A DNA stretch of 63,882 bases, from positions 9,736,001 to 9,799,882 of the forward strand of contig CM075991.1 of the NCBI GenBank assembly GCA_038087875.1, in the 5' to 3' direction. The position numbers were made by a program, and so were the translations under genes. Positions 37,351 through 48,508 of this stretch are shown piece after piece; positions within the stretch are counted from its first letter, which is position 1; every line of letters starts with the position of its first letter. Source of the DNA: Malacoraja senta (lineage: Eukaryota). The notes under the pieces are model-generated. The model had not been told where the DNA came from, ran no database searches, and saw only the letters and a program-made list of their open reading frames with translations.

Positions 37351-37490
37351 TCATCTTCTTCTTTCGTGTGGCGTGCACAGCCTAAAGTTGTTGGACAACT
37401 TGTTCTATTTGATCTTCCGTTTGTGCACGTCGAGTTGATTGCATTAGTCGAAACAGGGCAGACCACGTGAAGGTTGCAATCTTCCACCCC
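37351..37490 (-). mobile_element. 140-bp bipartite retroelement: HDV-like ribozyme head plus Vingi/Ingi-like tail
   Basis: TSD AGTGGAACCCCT (37339-37350, 37491-37502); tail ...CACGCCACACGAAAGAAGAAG. Confidence 0.8.
37437..37490 (-). ncRNA. Minimal HDV-like (double-pseudoknot) self-cleaving ribozyme, 54 nt
   Basis: P1 GGGGUGG/CUGCCCU with a G1-U wobble; P2 GAUUGCA/UGCAAUC (7 of 7); P3 ACC/GGU; 7-nt L3 UUCACGU (U20, G25); J4/2 CUAA with a putative catalytic C; P4 reduced to a UUCG loop. Confidence 0.75.
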
Positions 37491-37602
37491 AGTGGAACCC
37501 CTCATCGGCATGGATATGTTAACTCCACACGGACAACAACCAAAGTCAAGAGTGAACGCAGGTGGATGGAGCTATCAGGTAGCTGCACTAACCGCTGCAC
37601 CC

Positions 37603-37856
37603 TTTTTAGTTAGAGGGTGGTGAATCTGTGGAATTCTTTGCCACAGAAGGCTATGGAGGGCAAGTCAGTGGATATTTTTAAGGCAGAGATTGATAGATTC
37701 TTGATTAGTACAGGTGTCAGAGATTATGGGGAGAAGGCAGGAGAATGGGGTTAGGAGGGAGAGATTGATCAGCCATGATTGAATGGTGGAGTAGACTTGA
37801 TGGGCCGAATGGCCTAATTCTACTCCTATCACGTATGGCCTTATGACCTTATGACC
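37603..37856 (+). mobile_element. CR1 3' fragment
   Basis: RVVNLWNSLPQ; tail TATGACCTTATGACC. Confidence 0.85.
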
Positions 37857-37899
37857 CAATCTGTCATCCTCGTAAGCGGAGACTTGCCTTTATATTATC

Positions 37900-38595
37900 A
37901 CTTGTTATATAGTCATTGAAATAGTTATACTGCCATGTCAGAAATGTATGCTGCAAGTTCCTATAAACAGGAGCACGATAACGATCAAATAGCCTGCTTG
38001 TGCTAAGGATGTTCAATGAGGAACATATGTTGGACAGGTCACCATGAATCACTCCGCGATCTTTAACAAAATCCTTACATGTATGCTGAGAGAATGGAGC
38101 GGCTGGGCTTGTACACTCTGGAGTTTAGAAGGATGAGAGGGAATCTTATTGAAACATATAAGATTGTTAAGGGCTTGGACACGCTAGAGGCAGGAAACAT
38201 GTTCCCGATGTTGGGGGAGTCCAGAACTAGGGGCTACAGTTTAAGAATAAGGGGTAAGCCATTTAGAACGGAGACGAGGAAACACTTTATCTCACAGAGA
38301 GTGGTGAGTCTGTGGAATTCTCTGCCTCAGAGGGCTGTGGAGCCCGGTTCTCTGGATGCTTTCAAGAGAGAGCGAGATAGGGCTCTTAAAGATAGCGGAG
38401 TCGGAGGATATGGGGAGAAGGGAAGAACGGGGTACTGATTGGGGATGATCAGCCATGATCACATTGAATGGCGGTGCTGGCTCGAAGGGCCGAATGGCCT
38501 ACTCCTGCACCTATTGTCTATTGTCTATCAAGCAGGTTGTCAGTGGAAAGGATGTAATTCTGGCTGTGTAGCCTACCCTCAGTACCGCACTGTTG
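37900..38595 (-). mobile_element. Old Deu-domain SINE (SacSINE1-like) relic split by a young + strand CR1 (38079-38528)
   Basis: Degenerate match to the recalled Deu domain (...CCCTCAGTACCGCACTG); the CR1 has an intact 119-aa ORF end and an ATTGTCT tail. Confidence 0.55.
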
Positions 38596-39146
38596 CAGAA
38601 ACATAGAAAGTTAAGTTTAGTAAAGTTTAGTTTAGTTAAGGTTAGTTTAGTTTAGTTTAGTTAAGTTAAGTTAGGTTAAGTTTGGTTTATTGTCACATCT
38701 ACTGTCGTACAGTGAAAAGCTTTTGTTGCGTGCTAACCAGTCAGCGGAAAGACTATACTTGATCACAATCGGGCCAGATACATGATAAAGAGAATAACAT
38801 TAAGTGCAAGATCATGTAGCATAGTTAGAAATGCTATTGTTGGAGTAGAGATGGGATGGGCAGGTGGGACTACTGTAGCTGGGACATGTTGGCCGGTGAG
38901 GACTAGTTGGGCTGAAGGGCCTGTTTCCACACTGTATGACTCTAAAGTTTTTAAAGAGTGGAGCGATTGATTGTAATGCGTGATTGCGGATTCACTTCTG
39001 GGACCAGCACTCAGAGAACCGCCTGGTTTTGGGAGCTATCTTGGTATACGGTGCACTATAGGGCCAGGATGGTTTCAAAATAGAGTCACCAAGCCGACCG
39101 AGCCTCCAGTGCCAGATGCACGCATTAGGCTCCAGAAGGAGTCTTA

Positions 39147-39481
39147 TGGCCCTGTCCCACGGTACGAGTTCATTCCAAGAGTTCTCCCGAGTAAAAAAAA
39201 AAATCAAACTCGTGGTAAGCACGGAGAATGAACGTAGCGGGTACGTCGGAGCTCGGGGACGTCTCTTAGCGGCTCGTAACGCTAACGGCAGGTACTCGGG
39301 AAGACTCGGTAAGACGGCAGGTAAGCTCGGGAAGACTCGTGAAGATTTTTCAACATGTTGAAAAAAGTCCACGAGAGCCCCGAGTACCGACGAGCGGCCA
39401 TTACCGTAAATCTCCGAGTTCGAATCAGGGGCAAACTCAGGAGAACTCTTGGAATGAACTCGTACCGTGGGACAGGGGCCA
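39147..39481. mobile_element. Harbinger-type MITE (GTCCCAC family, subfamily B)
   Basis: ~45-bp TIRs GGCCCTGTCCCACGGTACGAGTTCATTCCAAGAGTTCTCC; related to 43858-44164 and 45619-45927. Confidence 0.85.
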
Positions 39482-40058
39482 TGAGAAGTGAGTGATATCA
39501 CAATGCCCGACTACAAATTGTCGAGAACAGTCAGCGATGCAGAAAACTACGGGAGTGTCTGCAAGCCATTAGCAAGTGCATCCTGCGAGGGGTGTTTTGG
39601 TAAGTAATGGGTTTCTGGTTAGGGAAGTAAGTAAACTTAGTGAGGGCAAAGGGTTAATGCAACATGGTAACTCATGTGGTTTTAGCAATTAGCAAACCAA
39701 ACCCTTATTACGCAAAGCTACCATTAGCTCAGAGAGTTTAAAAAACAGTGTTCGCCGTGACGATCCTTGATATTTTCTGCTTAAGCATCTTAACTGAAAA
39801 CACATTGTTCGTCCTGCGGAACTCAATGATCGTGTTTCAAGCTTACATTTTTGTACATGAGGAAACTTTCTTGGACAAGCCAGAAGCCAAACCCTGTTTC
39901 CCTGTAGCTGGATTTGAGATTAGCCAACGCTGCCATTAAGGCAAGAGTCAAACCCAAACTCTTCGCAGTTGGGAAATGTAATAACCAGATGTCCCCGTGC
40001 TCCGAGTGAACACTGGGAAATGCCTGAAATAAAGTTTTCTCGAATATTTCTCCGGGCA

Positions 40059-40068
40059 TCCCCCGGGA
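40059..40068. promoter_or_regulatory. Palindromic EBF-binding consensus TCCCNNGGGA in unique intronic DNA
   Basis: ATCCCCCGGGAAT. Confidence 0.3.
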
Positions 40069-40292
40069 ATTACTGTCAACAAGAAAATCTGACCCAACAC
40101 AATACATCATTTAAGAAAAACAAGGAACACTGTTTGACTTTCTACCAGCCCATTAACTGCCTGACTGCAGAACCTGGGAATGCCAGGAGTGTTCGAAGCT
40201 CGCCCAAGTATGTTTCTGCAAAAGATTGTTGCAGTGCAAAGCCACCACAGGACTGGGTTTTAACTGGATGAATGCCGTTTAACATGATCAAT

Positions 40293-40822
40293 GGTAGACA
40301 AAAGTGCTGGAGAAACTCAGCGGGTGCAGCAGCATCTATGGAGCGAAGGAAATAGGCGACGTTTCGGGCCGAAACCCTTCAGGTTGTTCCCGATGTTGGG
40401 GAAGTCCAGAACAAGGGGTCACCGTTTAAGGATAAAGGGGAAATCTTTTAGGACTGAGATGAGAAAAACATTTTTTACACAGAGAGTAGTGAATCTCTGG
40501 AATTTTTTGCCACAGAATGTAGTTGAGGCCAGTTCATTGGCTATATTTAAGAGGGAGTTAGATGTGGCCCTTGTGGCTAAAGGGATCAGGGGGTATGGAG
40601 AGAAAGCAGGTACAGGATACTGTTGGATGATCAGCCATGATCATATTGAATGGCGGTGCAGTCTCGAAGGGCCGAATGGCCTACTCCTGCACCTATTTTT
40701 CTATGTTTCTATGTTTCTAGGTTGCCTATTTCCTTCGCTCCATAGATGCTGCTGCACCTGCTGAGTTTCTCCAGCACTTTTGTCTACCTTCGATTTTCCA
40801 GCATCTGCAGTTCCTTCTTAAA
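40293..40822. mobile_element. Penelope foldback with a CR1 (40387-40718) inserted at its apex
   Basis: CR1 TSD AGGTTG (40381-40386, 40719-40724); outer imperfect TSD TAACATGATCAATG/TAACATGGACAATG. Confidence 0.85.
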
Positions 40823-40984
40823 TAACATGGACAATGTTTTGCCAGTTTACATCTATAAAACACCATTAGAACACTTGTTCCTGTCAGCTTTACTTGGACT
40901 GTCCCCCCCATGGTCCCACTTGGAGTTGAGAGGTTAATCAACACTTCATTCACTTCTCCTGCATGGTATTGCCTCCAGTTCTCT

Positions 40985-41160
40985 CATTGTCCGAGTCTTG
41001 GTTCTTGGTTCAATTCCCACTCCGGACACTGAGGGGAGTGCTGCATCATCCTTGAGAGGATATATTAATCAGAGAGGCCCTGTCTGTTCTCTCAGGAAGG
41101 TATGCTGTCACCATCTTAAAGAGCAAGGGAGGAATCTAGGGTATTGTAAAGCCTATATAA
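40985..41160 (+). mobile_element. Deu-domain SINE relic
   Basis: GGTTCAATTCCCACTCC...CTGAGGGGAGTGCTGCA...GAGGCCCTGTCTG..CTCTCAGG. Confidence 0.55.
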
Positions 41161-41214
41161 TAAAGCCTGTGTGTCTATGTAAACTATTCCAACAGTACCT
41201 TCCAAACCCATGAC

Positions 41215-41488
41215 ATCTGCCAGTAAAAAGGACGAGGACATTCGATCCAATTTGAGATTCCAGCTACCAAGACAGATGTGTACAGCAATTCATTCTTCCC
41301 CCGCACAATTAAAGCATGGAATAATCTTCACCCTACCATAGTTGCCCAACCAGATGCAACTAAATTTAAGGTAGCTCTTTCTTCCCAAAAACCCTTTCTG
41401 GCTTAAGTCCTCCCTCCACCACCTCCAGTTTAAATTCCATTTGGAATATTTTGGAGGACCAAGAAACCAAGAACCAAGAACCAAGACC
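41215..41488 (+). mobile_element. CR1-group LINE 3' end of a different family, with a (CCAAGAA)n tail
   Basis: GHSIQFEIPATKTDVYSNSFFPRTIKAWNNLHP...KPFLA*. Confidence 0.7.
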
Positions 41489-42159
41489 AGAGGAACTTGG
41501 GAGCACCGTCACCTACAGGCTCCCCTCCCAAGTCTTGGAAAAAATATCCATGCTCTTATATTGTCACCGGGTCTGGATGCTTTCAAGAGAGAGTGAGATA
41601 GGGCTCTTAAAAATAGCGGAGTCAGGGGATATGGGGAGAAGGCAGGAACGGGGTACTGATTGGGGATGATCAGCCATCATCACATTGAATGGCGGTACTG
41701 GCTCGAAGGGCCGAATGGCCTACTCCTGCACCTATTGTCTATTGTCTATTGTCTAATTTCTGGAACTTGCTTCACAACGCTTCTAGTTTAGTTTACTTTA
41801 GTTAAGCTAAGTTGAGTTAAGTTGAGTTAAGTTTAGTTTAGGTTAGGTTAGTTTAGTTAAGTTTAGTTAAGTTTAGTTTTGTTTGGCTTATTGTCACGTG
41901 GACTGAAGTGCAGTGAAAAGCTTTTTGTTGCATGCCAACCAGTCAGCGGAAAGACAATACATGATTACATTCGAGCCATCCACAGTGTACAGATATATAT
42001 ATTAAAGGAAATAATGTTCAATGCAATAAAGTCCTGTCACCACTTCACTCTATGTTATCAGACTGCGGTGAATGCTCTGCACCTGTGCTGCTGTTTTTCT
42101 AAGTGTAGAAAGGGACTGCAAAAACACTTTATTCAGATGTCAGAGGTTCTGGTAGAATG

Positions 42160-42926
42160 TGGTTAGGAGGGAGATATAGATCAGCCATGACACTTAGTCA
42201 GAGGGTAGTTAATTTGTGAAAATTAATTGCCTCAGAGGGCTGTGGAGGCCAAGTCAGTGGATATTTTTAAGGCAGAGATAGACAGATTGTTGATTAGAAC
42301 GGGCGTCAAGGGTCATGGGGAGAAGGCAGGAAAATGGGGTTAGGAGGCACAGATCAGCCATGATTAGAAACATAGAAACATAGAAAATAGGTGCAGGAGG
42401 AGGCCATTCGGCCCTTCGAGCCAGCACCGCCATTCATTGTGATCATGGCTGTTCGTCCCCTATCAATAACACGTGCCTGCCTTCTCCCCATATCCCTTGA
42501 CTCCACTAGCCCCTAGAGCTCTATCAAACTCTTTCTTAAATCCATCCAGCGTCTTGGCCTCCACTGCCATCTGTGGCAGGGAATTCCACAAACTCACAAC
42601 TCTCTGGGTGAAAATGTTTTATCTCACCTCAGTCTTAAATGGCCTCCGCTTTATTCTAAGACTGTGGCCCCTGGCTCTGGACTCGCCCAACATTGGGAAC
42701 ATTTTTCCTGCATCTAGTTTGTCCAGTCCTTTTATATTGAATGGCAGAGTAGACTCGATGGGCCGAATGGCCTAATTCTACTCCTATAACTTGTGAACGT
42801 GAATGGCAGAGTAGACTCGATGGGCTGAATGGCCTCATTCTACTCCTATAACTTGTGAATGTGAATGGCAGAGTAGACTTGATGGGCTGAATGGCCTCAT
42901 TCTACTCCATCACTTATGATCTTATG
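42160..42926. mobile_element. CR1 (+) with a nested CR1 (-) at ~42366-42735 and a 3 x 62-bp tandem repeat of its 3' terminus
   Basis: Units start at 42738, 42800 and 42862 (TGAATGGCAGAGTAGACT...). Confidence 0.85.
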
Positions 42927-43769
42927 ATGTTTCGCAGAGAGACACTGCGAAGACAGGACTTTTCTATGTTCTACGTCCTAATGGCACTTGGGAAGCACCT
43001 CCATTGGAAGGTCCAGCGGTTTAAGAAGGCGGATCATCACCACCTTCTCAAGGGCAGGCAGGGATGGGTAATAAATACTGGGCCTCGCTAGCTGTGTCCA
43101 AAGCAAATTAATAATGGAAGAAAGAACCTTCCCTTATCCCGGAAGGCCCTCCCTCCTGCAGTCTGCCTTTCAAGCCCTAGGCTGGCACTTAACCCCATGA
43201 GTTCTCTCCACTTTGGTCTCTTGCACTCGGAGCCTCAATGGTATCATGTGTGGTTGGCCCCTCAGGCCTTCACCTGTGTTTCTGCATAAACCAATCCCTG
43301 TGGGCATTGCCAGGGAGAATAACATGTACCAGATCAGATTGGCACGCATTGGCAAGCGATTTATCACTGTAGCTCAAAACGCTCTGAACAGGATAAAATT
43401 CATAGTGGCAATGATTAATGAAAACAAATTCCTGTGTTTCTGGGGCCAAGTGGCTTAAATTTCTCTCTTCCGAAATATGGCTTGAATCACTAAACATCTG
43501 ACTGTTATAAAGTGGAACGAGAATATTGGGTATAACATTCAGAATCCAGTTTTCAACAACACATTATCCCTTGTACAAACATTAAAATATTAAAGTGTAG
43601 ATATATTATGTGCTGGTTCACACTGTTGAAGCTTTGATTCCTAGCGTGTAATTTCCTTCAAGGCTGTTTGTTTCAGTTTCCAAGTTGGCTCAAGCCTTAA
43701 AGACCACTTGTTGGAGATTTTGGACCTACAGGCAAATAGGTCGCTACTTATAGAATGTATACGTCTATA

Positions 43770-44350
43770 AAGTATACGTCTTGTTGAGTCTCATTGTCTG
43801 TAACTCGCTTTCCCCTAGCCCACAGCCAACAATGGCCTGTTTCCTTTATCATCGTTAAGGGCCTGTCCCACTGTACGAGGTAATTCAAGAGCTCTCCTGA
43901 GTTTAAAAAAAATCAAACTCGTGGTAAGCACGTAGAATGTACGTAGCGGGTAGGTCGGAGCTCGGGGACGTCTCTTAGCGGCTCGTAACGCTAACGGCAG
44001 GTACTCGGGAAACGCGGTAAGCTCGTGAAGATTTTTCAACATGTTGAAAAATGTCCACGAGAGCCCCGAGTACCCACGAGCGGCTATTACCGTAATTCTC
44101 CGAGTTCGAATCAGGGGGAAATCGGGAGAACTCTTGAATTAGCTCGTACAGTGGGACAGGGCCTTTACTTTTTTGCATATCTTTCGTTCATTTGTTCCAT
44201 ATCTCTCTATACCACCGTCTATATCTCTCATTTCTCTTTCACCTGACTCTCAGTCTGAAGAAGAGTCTCGACCGGAAACGTCACCTATTCCTTTCCACCA
44301 GAGATGCTGCCTGACCCACTGAGTTACTCCAAGTTTTTGTGTCCATCTTC
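43770..44350 (+). mobile_element. Penelope 3' fragment hosting a MITE
   Basis: Matches the reverse complement of 30640-30980 once the MITE is removed. Confidence 0.8.
43858..44164. mobile_element. Harbinger-type MITE (subfamily B) with a TTA TSD confirmed by an empty site
   Basis: TTA at 43855-43857 and 44165-44167; the paralogous empty site near 30823 has a single TTA. Confidence 0.9.
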
Positions 44351-44464
44351 TAAAAAATATATACTTTTAGAATATATTATGTTGATTGGCACTAATATGC
44401 AGGGAATGGAGGAATAGGGATTACGTGCAGGTAGAATCTGACATCATGGTTGTACAAACTGTGA

Positions 44465-44826
44465 GGGTTTTGGGGCCTGGATAGAGTGGATGTGGGGAGG
44501 ATGCTTCCACTAGTGGGAGAGTCTAGGGCCAGAGACCACAGCCTCAGAATTAAAGGATGTTCTTTTAGGAAGGAAATGAGGAGGAATTTCTTTAGTCAGA
44601 GGGTGGTGAATCTGTGGAATTCTTTGCCACAGAAGGCTGTGGAGGCCAAGTCAGTCGATATTTTTAAGGCGGAGATAGATAGAATCTTCATAAGTACGGG
44701 TGTCAGAGGTGATGTGGAGAAGGCAGGAGAATGGGTTTAAGAGGGAAAGATAGATCAGCCATGATTGAATGACGGAGTAGACTTGTTGGGCCGAATGGCC
44801 TAATCCTGCTCTTATCACTTATGAAC
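44465..44826 (+). mobile_element. CR1 3' fragment
   Basis: RNFFSQRVVNLWNSLPQKAVEAKS. Confidence 0.88.
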
Positions 44827-44919
44827 AAGTACTATTCCTGTAGAAACAAACAGCTGCTAATCAATGTGATTACTATCGATGGGTACTCGATGCTTGGATT
44901 GGATATTTGTAGGGTAGAT

Positions 44920-45385
44920 TTTGATTGTCATGTGTACCGAGGTAGAGTGAAAAGCTTTTGCTTGTGTGATATCATGTCAAAGAAAAGATTATACATGATT
45001 ACAATCAAACTGTCCACAATGTACAGATAAGGGGTTCAACATTTTGTGCGAGACAATGTCCAATTAAAGATAGTTCAAAGATCTTGTGGAGGTAGATGGG
45101 AGGTCATTGCTCTGGCTGATGAGAGGTCCATTCAGTTGCTGGGAAGTAACTGCCCCTGAATGCGGAGGTGTGCGTTTTCAAGCTTCTCTACCTCTTGCTC
45201 GATGGGAGAGGGGAGAAGTGGGAGTGACCGGGGTGAGACTGGTCCTTGATTATGCTGCTGGCCTTGCCGAGGCAGCATGAGGTGTAGATGGAGTCAATGG
45301 AAGGGAGGTTGGTTTGCTTGACAGTTTGAGCTACCTCCACAACTTTCTAGACTTTCTTGCGGTCTTGGATGGAGCTGTTCCCGTA
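44920..45385 (-). mobile_element. Rex1/Babar 3' fragment
   Basis: Reverse complement encodes IIKDQSHPGHSHFSPLPSSKR-like sequence. Confidence 0.7.
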
Positions 45386-45618
45386 ATGTGGGCTGAAGGG
45401 CCCGCAACTGTGCTTATGATTCTATGACATTTGCAAACCACTGCTACTAATAAAATTCACAACTACTTCTCCGCAATTCTGTACGCAGCCCTGTTCATCC
45501 TTCAGTTTAAATAGGGCCTTGATTTGACCACGGAATACATGTTTATTTGACGAAAGAACCAGAGGTGAAATGAGAAGAAAACTTACAAGCAGTAAATTGC
45601 CTTGGTCTGGCAGTGTAA

Positions 45619-45927
45619 ACCCCCCGTCCCACGGTACGAGTTCATTCCAAGAGCTCTCCCAAGTTTGCCCTGATTCGAACTCGGAGATTTACGGTAATGG
45701 CCACTCGTCGGTACTCCGGGCTCTCGTGGACATTTTTCATCATGTTGAAAAATCTTCATGAATCTTCCCGTGCTTACCTGCCGTTAGCGAGTCTTCCCGA
45801 GTACCTGCCGTTAGCGCTAAGAGACGTCCCCGAGCTCCGACGTACCCGCTACGTTCATTCTCCGAGTTTGATTTTTTTTTAACTCGGGAGAGCTCTTGGA
45901 ATGAACTCGTACCGTGGGACAGGGCTA
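45619..45927. mobile_element. Harbinger-type MITE (subfamily B, opposite orientation)
   Basis: TIRs GTCCCACGGTACGAGTTCATTCCAAGAGCTCTCCC / GGGAGAGCTCTTGGAATGAACTCGTACCGTGGGAC. Confidence 0.85.
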
Positions 45928-46199
45928 TTACAAACAGATTCAGTAGACGTTTTCTAAATAGATTTGGAAGCGGAGAGTAAGATGAATTGCATTGTTCTTT
46001 CAAAGAGCTGGCACAGCCAGGATGGACCAAATGGTCTTAAAAACAAAGGACATTTATTATCACATGTAGTGTGTAGTGAAATTTGACTTGCTATTGCAGC
46101 ACACAAATAAAGGTAAGACACAACATCAAGAGAATTTAACAGTAAACATAAAAAACATCCCCCCAAAATGGTTCCCACTGCAGGGGAAGGCAACAAAAT

Positions 46200-46343
46200 G
46201 AATGAACTCGTACTGTGGGACAGGGTTTTTTACACTGCCAGACCAAGGCAATTTACTGCTTGAAAGTTTTCTTCTCATTTCACCTCTGGTTCCTCCGTCA
46301 AATAAATGGGTGTTCTGTGGTCAAATCAAGGCCCTGTTTTAAA
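46200..46343 (-). repeat. Inverted duplicate of 45506-45647 (MITE end plus ~110 bp of flank)
   Basis: GAATGAACTCGTACTGTGGGAC...TTTACACTGCCAGACCAAGGCAATTTACTGCTTG...GGTCAAATCAAGGCCCT. Confidence 0.85.
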
Positions 46344-47149
46344 ACAACTTCCTGTGTGGGAAGGCAGCTTAGACTTAGAGCAACCAGTCTTCACAGTTCC
46401 TATGAGATTGAGCTATTGCATAGAATCTGTACCACAGCCTGCAGAGTGTTCGTGAGCAGAGACACCAGGGAGGACTGTATCTCAAAGCAAGGTAAAGGAG
46501 CCAGATCCTACAGTGTCAGTTCGCAAACAAAGAACTCAGTAGATGAAGGCAAATTGCGGCAAATTATCAGTTTTGGTGCCCACTGGGAGATGTGCAGGAT
46601 GGAGTTCAGTTGAAGGGAGTGCCTAACACGGAGGGAGGAAATTAAACACAAAACCCACACAAGACCGATCAAGCACTCTGCACAAATATTCCCGGAGAAA
46701 AAGATTGAAGTGTGGGGATTTGCCCGACGCTCAGTCTGATAGGTGGTAATAACCCCGTATAATTACTCAGGTACAAAACTAATTGGAAATATTGCAAATG
46801 TCAAGCAAAACTGGCATTTAAGCACAAATTCTGCGATGTTAATTGCTGAACAGGTGCGAGTTCGAATCTAAATGAGGGACATGATTAGACGAGCCCACAG
46901 AACAAATGTGGCCTGTGATTGAGTCAACTACATAAATTATTTAGCAATCTAGGCGACCAGTAAAGGTCATGTTGATTTAACCTTTTGTTTGTGACAGGAA
47001 GTAAAATATAAATATGTCACCTCCCCGAGCACCGCCACCCGACACCCCGTCCCTCCTCCCGCCTCCCCGCACCCCCACCCTCCCTCCATCCCCATCTCCC
47101 TCCCTCCCCAAAGTAGCCAACACATTCACGGGCGCAGCGGTACAGCTGC

Positions 47150-47423
47150 TGCCTTGCAGCGCTTACAGCGCCAGAGACCCGGGTTCGATCCTGGCTACGG
47201 TGCTGTCTGTACGGAGTTTGTACGTTCTCCCCGTGGGTTTTCTCCGAGAACTTGGGTTTCCTCCCACACTCCAAAGGCTTACAGGTTTGTAGGTTAATTG
47301 GCTTGATATAAATGTAAAAATTGTCAGATAGTGTTATTGTGCGGGGGATCACTGGTCAGTGCAGACTCGTTGGGTCGAAGGGCCTGTTTCTGCGTTGTAT
47401 CTCCAAACTAAACTAAACTAAAC
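47150..47423 (+). mobile_element. HE1/V-SINE, near full length
   Basis: GGCGCAGCGGTA...GGGTTCGATCCTG...V-domain...(CTAAA)n tail. Confidence 0.9.
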
Positions 47424-47623
47424 AACTTTACTGTTAAGTAGCACCAGCACATCTGTTGTGTTTCAGATCGGGACCCTTCTTCAGACCGATCAGCGTGAAG
47501 AAGGGTCGCGACCCGAAAGGTTACCCATCCATGTTCTCCGGGGATGCTGCCTGACCCGCTGAGTCCAACACTTTGTGTCCTTTTTTGTCAATGGGAGGCA
47601 TATTTATAGTCTTAAATCCCTCC

Positions 47624-47711
<88 letters not shown>
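47624..47711. repeat. (CT)n microsatellite
   Basis: Perfect dinucleotide run. Confidence 0.98.
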
Positions 47712-47713
<2 letters not shown>

Positions 47714-48145
47714 CCCACCAAGAACTTTACTTCCAAGTACAAGTACGTTCTGCTGTAATGTGTGCTTTCACAACATGAATTGGATGTAACGAGAATTATG
47801 AATTGGAGAGCACTATTTGTATTTTTTGGGCATAATTGCTTATCATGCAATGTCGATCTGAGCTTGGCCACCATTTAAAAGTTACCTGGGAAATTGGCAA
47901 GCAGAGAAAAAGCTGTCTTGGTAAAAAATATTTCCATGTAACATCCCCGCAGTACACACCGTTGTCTCTTACAAACACAGCTGCTGCTTTCACCACGGGT
48001 GGCCATTGAAATTGACAAGTGATCACTTCTTTTGTTGAGCAATGATACTCTATTTGGCAACATAGCATATAGTCATCAGTATTTTCCATTTGCCATAACA
48101 AAAATAATCTTAGAGCTTTTAAAAATACCTTTATTTTTTTAAATC

Positions 48146-48508
48146 TTTTTTTTTGTTGAAAATATTTTTTATTGGAGATAAGTACATAACATATTAACAT
48201 CATTACCAGTCTTGCATTTTTAAATTGATAATATTGTCAATTATTATTACACTGTCTCCAATACCTTTTGCCTTTTTTTGTTTTTTTTAAACTAGATAGA
48301 ACTAAAAATATAGATGAAGTAAAGAAAGAATAGAGAGAGAAGAAAAGAGAGAGAAAGACAAAAAAAAAAAAAAAAAGAAAAAGATAGTTAAAGATGAATG
48401 GAAACATTTATTAAGATAAAAAACTTCGTTCGAGATATATTCGTACATTTCAGAGTATAACATTTCATCCATTCTTTAGCCCGAGTGTTAGTCAGGTTCC
48501 TGTGCTGA
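48146..48508 (-). mobile_element. L1-type 3' UTR insertion
   Basis: Reverse complement ends AATAAA...poly(A); TTTTTTAAA(A)TCT on both flanks; T-rich L1-type target. Confidence 0.55.

Noticed and set aside
42738..42926. Regularly spaced repeats as a CRISPR-like array
   Set aside because: No unique spacers; tandem copies of a CR1 tail in a eukaryote.
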